A stretch of DNA of 64,000 nt, from assembly GCF_006345805.1 (NCBI RefSeq), contig NC_042998.1, positions 79,422,001 through 79,486,000 of the forward strand, read 5' to 3'. The notes under the pieces were generated by a model, which was given only the letters and a program-made list of their open reading frames with translations, had not been told where the DNA came from and made no database searches. The translations under genes and the position numbers were made by a program. Shown piece by piece: positions 27,146 to 38,900 of the stretch (the first letter of the stretch is position 1; every line of letters begins with the position of its first letter). This DNA comes from Octopus sinensis. Its lineage: Eukaryota.

Positions 27146-27839
27146 AGAAGCTTTCGTGTTTGTTTTTTTTTTATAAATTTTGGTAGGGGTCAACCGACTC
27201 ATGGATTGATGATGCTTCACTAAGTCTTTTGCGAGAAGACTGCTGTTAATGTTTTAACCCCAAGTCAGCATTGAGTGAACAGACCGATGATCAAAGACAT
27301 TTCGATCATAACCACATCTTTTTTTTTTTTTTTTTAGTGATTACATTATGCAATGTGCCTATTCATTTCTTTTAATGGCGTGAAAGAAGAGATAACAGGA
27401 ATAATGGATATTTCTAGAAGATCGAACAGCCACTTAGATCCCTCTTATAATTAGGGGGCAAGCGTCAGCTGTTAAAAGACTGCTGATGTTAGAAGTAATA
27501 ATGGTGGTGGTGGTGGTGGTGGTGGTCATCGTCGTCGTTATCGTGGCGGTGGTGACGGTGGTCGTGATATGTATAGGGGGCGCAGGCAGTAGCTGTTGGA
27601 AGACTGACGTTTGGAGAGAGAGAGAGAGAGAGGATTGCAGAAGGATGGCTGGGTACCCGAATTGCTCCAAGGTATGGTATGGTGTGTTTGTGTATAATGA
27701 GCGGGTACATATACAACTTGTCATAAACAAAAGTAAACGAAGACTGAAAGAAAAGACTTAAATGTGTATGTTAATATGTAGTTAAACACATACAACAGTA
27801 TGTGTGTCTGTGTAAGGTAAAGATTGACAGATACGTACA

Positions 27840-27858
27840 TAGAGAGAGAAAGAGAGAG

Positions 27859-27913
<55 letters not shown>

Positions 27914-28172
27914 GAAAGAGTGTGCACATAAATATATATATTCTTTATGCGTTTCAGCCCAGAGGCTGTGGCCATGCTAGTCATATACATACATACATAC
28001 ATACATACATACATACATACATACATACATACATACATACGTACGTACGTACGTACGTACATACATACATACATACATACATACATACATACATACATAC
28101 ATACATACATACATACATACATACATACATACATACACATACATACACACACATACATACATACATCATACA

Positions 28173-28206
<34 letters not shown>

Positions 28207-28230
28207 CATACATGTGTGCGTGTGTGTGTG
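27840..28230. repeat. (AGAA)n and (TACA)n microsatellites
   Basis: direct inspection. Confidence 0.9.
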
Positions 28231-29417
28231 TACATCCATGTGTAGTCATATGTAGTGCAATCCGGTTATTATAATCATAGTTAACTTTGACCGGTTATTT
28301 TTATCAATATTTATTTATAAGTCCCCAACTCTTTATTCGCTTAATGTTATCAGCCGATAATGGTTATCGAAAATACTATACAGTGATCTCAAAAATCCAT
28401 TTCCAATGTGTATACATACATACATATATGTATGTGTGTGTGTGTGTAAATATGTGTATGTGGACATGTGGGGGTAGCTGACCACGTACAAGAATTCACA
28501 CACACACACACACACACGCATACACACATAATTATATGAAAGTGTGATGTTATTTCTTCGGTGTGATTGTGAGTGCATGCTTATGAATGTACGTGTGTCT
28601 GCGCGCGCAATCTGTGTATGCGTATGTATGAATCAATATGTGTGTGTGTGTGTGTGTGTGTGTGTTCGTGTATGAGCACCAAATGACCTTAGGTGTCGGC
28701 TACTTAGTACAGTTTGATAGTGTCCTATACTCAAACTAGACTTCATACCCGGCGTCTCGGCGCCACAATGTACCGCAAACCTGCAAGTCGCTTGTCTTCG
28801 TTTTCACAAACCACGGCAGCAGCAAACATAGAGACGTTAAATGGGAAGAAGAAAAAAAAAGAAATCAAAACGAACGAACACTACTAAACAAAAAAATAAA
28901 TAAACCACACATACACACACACACACGATATTGGATCGTGACGCGGGCGGTGATGGCGGTGATGTTTTTGATGGTAGTCCTGGTGGTGGTGGTGGTGGTG
29001 TTGTAGATAGTGGGGGTGGTGGGCTCAGCATAAGAAGCAAACAAGTAATACGCCCATAAAAATAAAAGTAAAGAAATAAAGATAAAAGGTAAACGTTTAT
29101 TTACGTACAATAATATTTCAAAAACACGATACAAGAGCAGGAACAAAACTTAGAATTGAAAGGTGAAGGAATAGAATATTCGATATGATGACTATGAGTG
29201 ATAGGGTAAAGGACATTTATATAAATACCTTCGTCTACCTTTTCCTTTATTTTTTAATTTTTTTTTTTCATATATATTCTTTGTTTCGTATTCTGCTTTG
29301 TAAATTTTCCGTTAAAATCACGGCTTTAAACTGTACCTGCCTTGTCGTCCCTCTGCCGCGAACTTTTTTTTTTAATCTTTAAAAAGAATTTTTTTTTTTT
29401 TTTTTTTATTAGGTATA

Positions 29418-29592
29418 GGCATAGGGGTGGCTGTGTGGTAAGAAGCTAGCTTCCCAACTACATGGTTCCAAGTTCAGTTCCACTGTGTGGCACCTTGGGC
29501 AAATATCTTCTACTATAGCCTCGTGCTGACCAAACATTTGTGAGTGGATTTGGTAGACGGAAACTGAAAGCATTCCGTTTCCGTTGTATATG

Positions 29593-29625
<33 letters not shown>

Positions 29626-29830
29626 CTTTATATCTGTGTTTTCCCCCACCACCGCTTGACAACCAGTACTGGTGTGTTTACGTCCCCGTAACCTAGCGGT
29701 TCGGCAAAAAGAGCCCGACAAAATAAATAGCAGGTTTTTAAACAAGTTCTAGGGTCGATTTGTTCGACTGAAACACTTTAAGGCGGTGCCCCATCATGGC
29801 TGCAATCAAATGACTGAAACAAGTACAAAA
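29418..29830 (+). mobile_element. SINE family B
   Basis: similar to 7638-8104. Confidence 0.85.
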
Positions 29831-29928
29831 AAAAAGAGAAAAGGCTTAGTGAGAGGACTAAGGGCAGTGCCCGTCCTTTTTAGTTTATTTTATTTTCCTC
29901 TCATTCTGGTTCTTCGAGACGGTTGGGA

Positions 29929-30602
29929 GAACAAGACGGACAAGGCCTGACCCGAATGCTTGCTTCGTTACAGGTATTCGTGGGCCAGCTTATGATGTCT
30001 GTTTATAGCCATGAAACATTTTTCGTCAAATTTCGACAGTTTTCAAAAATTTAAAACCTATATTAATAGGTAGGACCAATTTGACGAAAAAATTAGCAGA
30101 GTCCGGTAGCGACCCCGTGTCGTCGTCATTTTTGTGCATGTGCGTAAAATGGCGAAATTTTATGCTTTGGGGCAGATTTCGTCAAATTGATGTCACGACG
30201 GCTAGTACGCAAAATGCCTAAATTTTGCTTGAGAAATAAAATGCTCTTACCTGATCAAAACCTGAAACACTGGGGAATTAAAAAAACGAATTGAAATAAT
30301 AAGTTTTAGCAACTCGAAACAATTTGCATTGAAATGAAGAATTAGCAAATGCTAAATAGATTACCGTTAATAAACTGTCTGTTTATACCCATGAAACATT
30401 TTTCGTCAAATTTCGGCATTTTCCGTTAAATTGATGTTACGATGGCTAATGCGAAAAATGCCAAAATTTTTTTAAAATTCCAAGTGCGTAAGTGATCGCA
30501 TAGGCATAAGCCCCACCACACGTCCAAGTTTCATCAAGGTCTGTTGGATAGTTTCGGAGAAGTTAAAGTAACAAATTCACAAACACGCAAACTTGACATT
30601 TA
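29929..30602 (+). mobile_element. Helentron/HINE (DINE-1)-like non-autonomous element with internal direct repeats
   Basis: 5' aacaag; 3' ccaagtttcatcaag..gtttcggagaag..acaaacacgcaaacttgacattta; duplicated block at about 29996 and 30376. Confidence 0.55.
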
Positions 30603-30995
30603 TCTCTCTATATATAAAGATGAAGTTGTCTGTGTATGGCAGGTTTGGTAGCCTTAAACTAACACTATCTCCTCCGAGACCCTGCGGTGCAAGTTGACCA
30701 AAGTTGAGAGTATGATAGAAGAAAGTCTTGCTCTTCCTTCCGTAGAAGAAAAAATTCAAATCGGACCATGTTAACACCAAAAATAATTTACATCAAAAAG
30801 GTGCTTTTTTTCTATGAAAATCCCTATTTTTTACAATTTTTTGACTGCTGTGTCACCATTTTTCGGTGTATTTCAACAAGAAAAATGTTCGCTTAAAGAG
30901 AATAACAAGCTACATAATGCAAAATTTTTACTTTTCAAAAATTCCAATTCTAAAGGGTCGAAACAGACTTGAGCAACGCCGGGCGAAACTGCAAG
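30603..30995 (+). mobile_element. non-autonomous Helitron
   Basis: A|TCTCTCTATATATAAAG; 3' gagcaacgccgggcg then CAAG|T (degenerate CTAG). Confidence 0.75.
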
Positions 30996-31047
30996 TAATA
31001 ATAATAATAATATAATAATAATAATAATATAATAATAATAATAATAA

Positions 31048-31078
<31 letters not shown>

Positions 31079-31126
31079 AAGAAGAAGAAGAAGAAGAAGA
31101 AGAAGAAGAAGAAGAAGAAGAAGAAG

Positions 31127-31178
<52 letters not shown>

Positions 31179-31180
31179 TA

Positions 31181-31344
31181 GGCACAGGCGTGACTGTGTG
31201 GTAAGAAGCTTGCTTTCCAATCACATAGTTCCGGATTCAGTCCCATTGCGTGGCACCTTCTACTATAGCCTCAGGCCAACCAAAGTCTTGTGAGTGGATT
31301 TGATAGACAGATACTGAAAGAAGCCCGTCGTATGTGTATATATA

Positions 31345-31377
<33 letters not shown>

Positions 31378-31570
31378 CTGTATTTGTCTCTCTACTATCA
31401 CTTGATTACCGATGTTGGTGTGTTTACGTCCCCATAACATCGCGTTTCGGCAATAATGACCGATAGAATAAGTATTAGGCTCACAAAGAATAAGTCCTGG
31501 GGTCGATTTGTTTGTCCAAAGGCGGTGCTCCAGCATGACCACAGTCAGATGACCGAAACAAATAAAAGAA
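31181..31570 (+). mobile_element. SINE family B
   Basis: similar to consensus. Confidence 0.85.
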
Positions 31571-31591
31571 TATATATATATATATATATAT

Positions 31592-31652
31592 TGCCCCAGC
31601 ATGGCCACAGCTCATGAGCTGAAACTGGAATCAATCAATCAATCAATCAATC
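31592..31652 (+). mobile_element. extreme 3' end of the CR1-like LINE
   Basis: gccccagcatggccacagctcatgagctgaaactgg(aatc)n is near-identical to 35386-35440. Confidence 0.8.
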
Positions 31653-31923
31653 ATACACACACATACACACGCGCGCGACGGGCTTCTTTCATTTTGTTTT
31701 ATGTATTGTTGAAGTGTGACCAATTTATTACTCAAATTTTAGCAACAGAATCTTATATGGTCTCCGTTTGAGAAACACTGGACTAGACAATTTGAAAACA
31801 TAGTATTCGGTGATGCCATTCTTACTTCATTCCCTTCTCGCCTACAAAGGTACGATCGAAAAGGTTTATAGGTTTAAGGGGCATCGAACATGATTGTGCT
31901 TCTAATAAAATGTGTGTGTGTGT

Positions 31924-31978
<55 letters not shown>

Positions 31979-32939
31979 TGTGTCTGCGTCTGTTTGTTTG
32001 TCTGTCTATCTGTGTTTCTCCCCCTCCATCGCTTGACAACCAATGTTGTTGTGTTTACGTCCCCGCAACTTAGTGGTTCGGCAGTCCAATGATCAAAATA
32101 AGTAAAAGTTAAATGATACAATTTCTATTAATATTTAATTATATGAATATAATAGGACTTATTTTTTTAACATGGGGAAACCAACAGAGTTAAATAGAAA
32201 TCAATAGGGTCCATAGGCAAAAAATGGTTGAGAACCACTCGTCTAGTCTTATAGTTCTCAAACTGATAAATATCAATCTCCAATTCTAAAAAGCATTCCT
32301 GAAAATTCGCCCCATTTTAACTCACTGTCCTCGTTTAAGGAGAGTTGAAATTGGTTTGTTTTCTGCAATAAAGGTTAACTGGACGCAAAATAGTGCTTGT
32401 TGTATTTATTTAATCATTGTATTTGGTTTATTTACTGCAATAAAGGTTAACTGGACGCTTCCGTATGTTTGCTATCCCTATTTATGTAACTATCTTCAAA
32501 ATTTCAACAGGGTTAACCTAGGTTATTATGGGTTAAAGATGAGAAGACAGAATAGAGATTACATCCATAGCATACTTCTTACTTCGCCATGGCACTGGAC
32601 AAATTTAAATGGGTTTTTTTTTTCTTTTTTATCTTTCAGTCAAGAAAAAAACACAGTTCCTATGACTTTTTTAGAAAGCCTTCGAGACAAATGAAAGAAA
32701 GGAAAGAAATGTATATACTTACCCTGGAGACTTATCCTGAAAGCTTATAACAACGTAGACCCGCTAAAGGCACTCATGGTGTCAGGTCACGATGTTAACT
32801 CTGTCATTATCAGATTTCGGATGAAAACATTGATTTTTGCTTCAGTTAATTTGGAAAATAATGAAGATTTTATTAAATTTTACTAAATTTGTAAAATCCT
32901 TTCTATGGTTGTGTGGTAAGAAGCTTGCTTCCCAGCCAT

Positions 32940-33074
32940 AAACACATACATATGTATAACATATATATACATATACACATATATATACATATATATATAT
33001 ATATATTATATATTATATATATACATACATACATATATATTACATATATATATGATATATATATATATATTATA

Positions 33075-33115
<41 letters not shown>

Positions 33116-33538
33116 CATATATACATATATATATATATACACATATATATATATACATATAAAGTTAATCCAACAAGAAAACACAGAAAAAACACAGCAA
33201 CGCGAGGACGTGGAACAATTAAAGTATTATTTGACGCTCAGGAAAGAAGGGAAGGAGGGTTATATATATATAATATATATATATATAATTATATATATAT
33301 ATATATTATATATACACATATACACATACATACATATATATATACATATATATATATATATACATATACACATACATACATATATATATACATTATATAT
33401 ATACATATATATATACATATAAACATATATATATACACATATATATCCATATACATATACACATATATATATATATTCATATACACATACATATATATAT
33501 ACGCACATATATACATACATATATACATATACATATAC

Positions 33539-33591
<53 letters not shown>

Positions 33592-33660
33592 CACATAAAC
33601 ACATACATATACACATATTCATATACATACATATATACACATATATATACATATATACAT
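32940..33660. repeat. TA/TACA low-complexity tract containing a PLE-terminus fragment (33163-33260, minus strand)
   Basis: fragment is an inverted copy of 34352-34458. Confidence 0.8.
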
Positions 33661-33662
33661 AA

Positions 33663-33677
33663 TTTAGCGCGCCAAAA
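33663..33677. promoter_or_regulatory. E2F-like site in a short unique CpG-containing island
   Basis: TTTAGCGCGCCAAAA. Confidence 0.35.
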
Positions 33678-34261
33678 CGAGAACATTTGAAATAGTAACC
33701 ACGAGTGTAATGGGTAAGAACTGTTTACAAGTCTGACTTTGTGCGGACGTCCTAGTATGCAATCCTGCAAATTATATTCATCTGGACGGTCACACCGATG
33801 ATCTACGGACATTTACGTAAGTAAAATTACGTAATATGTTAATAGTGAAACATGTATGTGAATAATCCATATTTTTATTACTTTTTCTTTTGTCTTGCTC
33901 CATTACGTTTTGGTTGTTTTGCTAAATTTTCTTGAGAACATTTCTTAGTGGTAAGACCATAGCGGATCTATTTCTAGCATAAGTGTGTCCACATAGTGAT
34001 TTCCCTCTAATATGTATATAATACAATTTTACTGAATCTTCAGTCTTTTTATATGCTAGACCACTGGTGTGAAATCTATGTTAATTAAATTAATATCTAA
34101 TTTCTCACACTCATTTTAAACATAAATATAAATACGTACATATATATATATATATACATACATACATACATACATACATACATACATACATACATACATA
34201 CATACATACATACATACATACATAACAAACACATATATATACATACATATATATTTCAAAA

Positions 34262-34458
34262 TGAGACCGCGTGTGTACCGTTGGCGATTTTTTTCCTCCT
34301 TGGATCTCTCCTTTTCCTATGTTTCTGACGAAGAGATCCGCTCGAAACGTTAAATCCTCCTTCTTTCCTTCCTTTCCTGGGCGTTCAATAACACTGTACT
34401 TGTTCCACGTCCTCGCGTTGTTGTGTTTTCTCTTTGTGTTTTCATGTTTAGATTAACC
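34262..34458 (+). mobile_element. solo PLE-like terminus with a minimal hammerhead motif at about 34325-34352
   Basis: CTGACGA-A-GAG-ATCCG-CTC-GAAA-CGTT; inserted between microsatellites. Confidence 0.6.
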
Positions 34459-34618
34459 ATATATATACATACATATATATATGCATGTATGCATGTATGT
34501 ACATACAGATATAAATGCATATATATATATGTATATATACATATATATGTACATACAGATATAAATGCACATATATATATGTATATATACATATATATGT
34601 ACATACATGCATATATGC

Positions 34619-34649
<31 letters not shown>

Positions 34650-34672
34650 AGCTTACATACATATATATATAT

Positions 34673-34736
<64 letters not shown>

Positions 34737-34789
34737 CATATATATGTATACATATATATATACATACATACATATGTATATATATATAA

Positions 34790-35095
34790 TAAAATATTAG
34801 GGAATAAATCCAAACTTACAGGGAAAAATAAGATTTAGGATTGAATTCAATTTTATAGTAAAATATTATATTATATTAAATTAGAGATAAAACCACTATT
34901 AGGCAAATCATACAATGAAAAACTTAAGCCAATACATAAGATTAATTAATTTATGTTATTTTAAATATATATCAAAATTATTAAAAAAAGATAATTAGTA
35001 TAACACTACGATCGTTTCATGGCTGTCCAATTCTTAAAATTTCGAGTTACAGTCATTCTTCAGGTGATTTAAATATTTAACTTAGCGAGGTTTAA
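34790..35095 (-). mobile_element. PLE-type pseudo-LTR carrying a hammerhead ribozyme
   Basis: AT-rich terminus ending in a microsatellite; contains the intact hammerhead core. Confidence 0.6.
35004..35066 (-). ncRNA. minimal type I hammerhead ribozyme with intact core
   Basis: 5'-CAC CTGAAGA ATGACTGT(..)ACAGCCAT GAAAC GATC GTA GTG-3'. Confidence 0.75.
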
Positions 35096-35099
35096 TCAT

Positions 35100-35440
35100 T
35101 GATTAAACCTGCCATCAAGATGTAGGACAAGATTCTGTGATAGCCTGGGTTTCCGAGGCCCACAGCTCTTCAATATCCTCCCGAAGAACCTGAGAGACCT
35201 GCATGGGGTGGATACAGATGTCTTTAAAATGAAGCTGGATCTCTTCCTGTCAGGTGTCCCAGATGAACCAACTTCACGGCAGGAGGGGCAGATGAGGGCA
35301 GCTGCATCGAACTCTCTCATGCACCAAATAGCAGTTGCTAGAAAACCTCCATGAAGTGAAACCAAGTAGCAACACCAAATGGCGGTGCCCCAGCATGGCC
35401 ACAGCTCATAAGCTGAAACTAGAATCAATCAATCAATCAA
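35100..35440 (+). mobile_element. CR1-group LINE 3' fragment
   Basis: FRGPQLFNILPKNLRDL..VFKMKLDLFLSGVPDEP..AASNSL, stop at 35352-35354, 3' UTR and (AATC)n tail. Confidence 0.85.
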
Positions 35441-35455
35441 TCATATATATATATA

Positions 35456-35526
<71 letters not shown>

Positions 35527-35637
35527 GAGGGGTGTATGAAAAGTCTTAAGCCTCAAAAATAGATATGTATATATATACTCATACATATGTGTATATCTAC
35601 ACATACATACACATATATATATGTGTATGTGTATTTC

Positions 35638-35823
35638 AAATTCCTTCAAACAGTACCGGACAAACCACCCACACCCGGATATGTCTCCGCAAACAATAAC
35701 TCTCTGCTCGAATGGGCCTTGGTGCCCAAATCCTGAACTGAAAGACTTCGCCAGGTGGTGCTATTAAGTTAGACATGGCCTGGGCCAATACTGGCCAAAA
35801 ACCTTTCTAAGTTATTCTAAGTT
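35638..35823 (+). mobile_element. 3' end of a second CR1-like LINE family
   Basis: TVPDKPPTPGYVSANNNSLLEW followed by a ttctaagtta repeat tail. Confidence 0.55.
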
Positions 35824-36076
35824 ATATGTATATATATACACATACATATATGTATATGTATATATACATATATATATATGTATATATATACACATACATA
35901 TACATATGTATATGTATATATACATATATATATATATGTATATATATACACATACATATACATATGTATATGTATATATACATTTATATATATGTATATA
36001 TATACACATACATATACATATGTATATGTATATATACATTTATATATATGTATATATATACACATACATATATATG

Positions 36077-36125
<49 letters not shown>

Positions 36126-36390
36126 GTATATATATACATATATATATATGTATCATATATATATATATATATATGTATACAATATATATATATATATATA
36201 TATATGTATCTATATATATACACATACATACATATGTATATGTATATATACATTTATATATATGTATATATATACACATACATATATATGTATATATATA
36301 TATATATGTATATATATATACGCATACATATATATATATGTATATATATACACATATATATATGTATACTATATATATATATATATATGT

Positions 36391-36426
<36 letters not shown>

Positions 36427-36620
36427 CTATATAATACACATACATACATGTATATATATATGTACATACATACATATATGTATATATATATATATATATA
36501 TATGTATCTATATATATACACATACATATATGTACATACATACATATATGTATATATATATACATATATATATATATGTATCTATATATATACACATATA
36601 TATATGTACATACATACATT

Positions 36621-36695
<75 letters not shown>
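35824..36695. repeat. higher-order TA/CA minisatellite
   Basis: unit of about 56-60 bp repeated at least 4 times at 35824-36075. Confidence 0.85.
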
Positions 36696-36696
<1 letters not shown>

Positions 36697-36698
<2 letters not shown>

Positions 36699-36860
36699 TT
36701 CAAATTTATAGAAAAATAAAGGCGTAGGCACTTGTATGAACAGTAAGCAAATGTAATAATTTGACGCTCGGGGAAATATAAAATTTCTTTACGTTTCGAG
36801 CCTACGCTCTTCGGTAGGAAGACATAAGAGGGAATAAACGGAGAGCAACACACACATACT
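36697..36860 (-). mobile_element. PLE-like terminus with a core-mutated hammerhead motif
   Basis: minus strand tctt-cCTACCGA-AGAGC-GTAG-GCTC-GAAA-CGTA-aaga. Confidence 0.5.
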
Positions 36861-37999
36861 ATATATATATATATATATATATACAGACACACATATCCGT
36901 TTTATTCCCATTTGAAATTCATCATATACTTGCAGACTTTCTCAAACTCTCCTCTCTCAATATATATGATGTACATGTATGTATGTAAGGTCACTTGTGA
37001 GGCCTTACGTGAGTGCTGCTGGCAACATGGAATGCAGTGCAACGTGTTGCACGGTAGTTTCGTCGCCAACTAACCATGTAGCAATCACTAAGCTTGCCTG
37101 GTGATGAGGGTTGCTAGAAACCCACCAGGACTAAAACCAGGACGCGTCAAAAGGTCTAATGTAGGTTCAAGGACTATCTAGCAATAGCACAAGCACTCAG
37201 AAATTCTGGGTCGGTGTCCAGCGTTCTGGACAACCACTGGGAAGAAGGCACCTCTAAGCTTTTGTTAAAGCATTTCCCATGGAGAACGTCACTTTGATAC
37301 AAGACTGGATATGTAGGGGATGGTATTAAACATTTTGGGAACGTTTTGCTTTCGCTTGAGATCATGGCACACCCACATTCCCGAGCCTACCACCCATATT
37401 GACACTGAATATTTTGCCCTGGCCTTTCTTTGGAACATGGCGATAGGGTGGAGAGGCTTTGTGAGCTGTCGTGCAAGCCTTATTGTACCTAAAACTTTAG
37501 GCTGCGCAATCGCCTGGAAAGTCACTTTCCGATACTCGATCGAGGAGGAAGGCACCGCGGCGAGCAAGGAAGCCGGGTGAATCCAACCGCGAGTGCAATA
37601 ACCCTATGCACGGGTACTTCTGACGTGTTACACGAGAAATGATCAGTAATGGTATTCCTTTATGTATGTATGTATGTATGTATGTATGTATGTATGTATG
37701 TATGTATGTATGTATGTATGCATGTATGCATGTATGTATGTATGTATTTGTGTGTGTATGTGTATGTTTGTTTGTATGTATGTATTTATCATATAACTGC
37801 ACGTTTATACGTATGCGGAATGTGTGCGTTTGTGTGTGTAAAGATTGAGGTGCATTATGAAATAAGTTTAGTTAAATAAAGAATGAAGGATTTTAAAACG
37901 GAAATAACACTTTCTTGTACAAAATTGACTCGATTTTCAACAATAACAACTTAAGGAAACGTATTCTTATTCGCTGAGAAACAAGGAGGAGCTTATACG

Positions 38000-38900
38000 A
38001 GATAAGCAAAGACAGTTACAAGTTCATGCAGAACAGCATCCATACAAACAGGGGAAAAAAACTAACAGAAACGTGGACAATGAAATCAACATGGAAAGAC
38101 AACACGTTGTCATAAAACATAACATTAAAGACAAACTTAAATGATTTGCTAAAACACCATATTTCATCACACTGAATGACACCACAAAAACAATTTCGAG
38201 AACTCAATCAAATGTTGAGTCATTTGTATAAACACCTGCCAAATGTGATTTGCGTATGGTTTGCAAAATGATCTTAGAGAAAGTAAGCGCTGAATAAAGC
38301 AATTTACGCATGTGGATCTATGGAATAACATAACGTGAGTTATTACATTGTTTAATGGCATTGAAAAAAACAATGACAAAAATGAATGCAAATTTATCCA
38401 ATATATCGTTGACTCTTATCTTTCCAAAAGCCGATATCATTTTCTAAAAAGACTTCCCACAAGGCGACCTGCAGAATTCCATGCATGTTAGGAGATCACT
38501 CCTTTTCTAGCAAAGAAGCTTTCTGGAATACGAAAAGCAGAACTGTGATTTCGATGTCACTATGGGTCGCTTTGATGGAGCTGAAACCTGCAGACTTATT
38601 AGTGAGATATTTTGATGGTATTATGTTTTGATGTCCTGTATTGAGATGACGGACAAGGGTTTCGAATAGCGCGGATGGGCGTGCAACCGATACCCTCAGG
38701 AAACGAATAATTACAACTTTCAACAAATCCTGATGACATTCAAAGCAAACTTTAAGATACTAATCTCTTTGGTATAGCACTTAAACTAAACTCGAAATTC
38801 TAAAGAAGCCAAATGGCACCACAGTATATATATCTACATACATTTTAAAGACATTTCGAACTATAAGCATGATCAAGAAGATTTGTATATTGTCTTCCAA
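38000..38900 (+). mobile_element. heavily degraded PLE RT fragment of a different clade (possibly Hydra-type)
   Basis: YFITLND..PAKCDL..KMILEKV; KFIQYIVDSY; FDVTMGRFDGAETC; RDDG; KKPN..VYI. Confidence 0.7.

Noticed and set aside
32363-32458. Two 24 bp direct repeats with a 48 bp spacer, CRISPR-like spacing
   Set aside because: Only two units, flanks also similar (72 bp duplication), eukaryotic context, no cas genes
32715-32730. ATACTTACC(C)TGG resembling the U1 snRNA 5' end
   Set aside because: Downstream sequence does not match the U1 stems or Sm site; better read as a minus-strand splice donor
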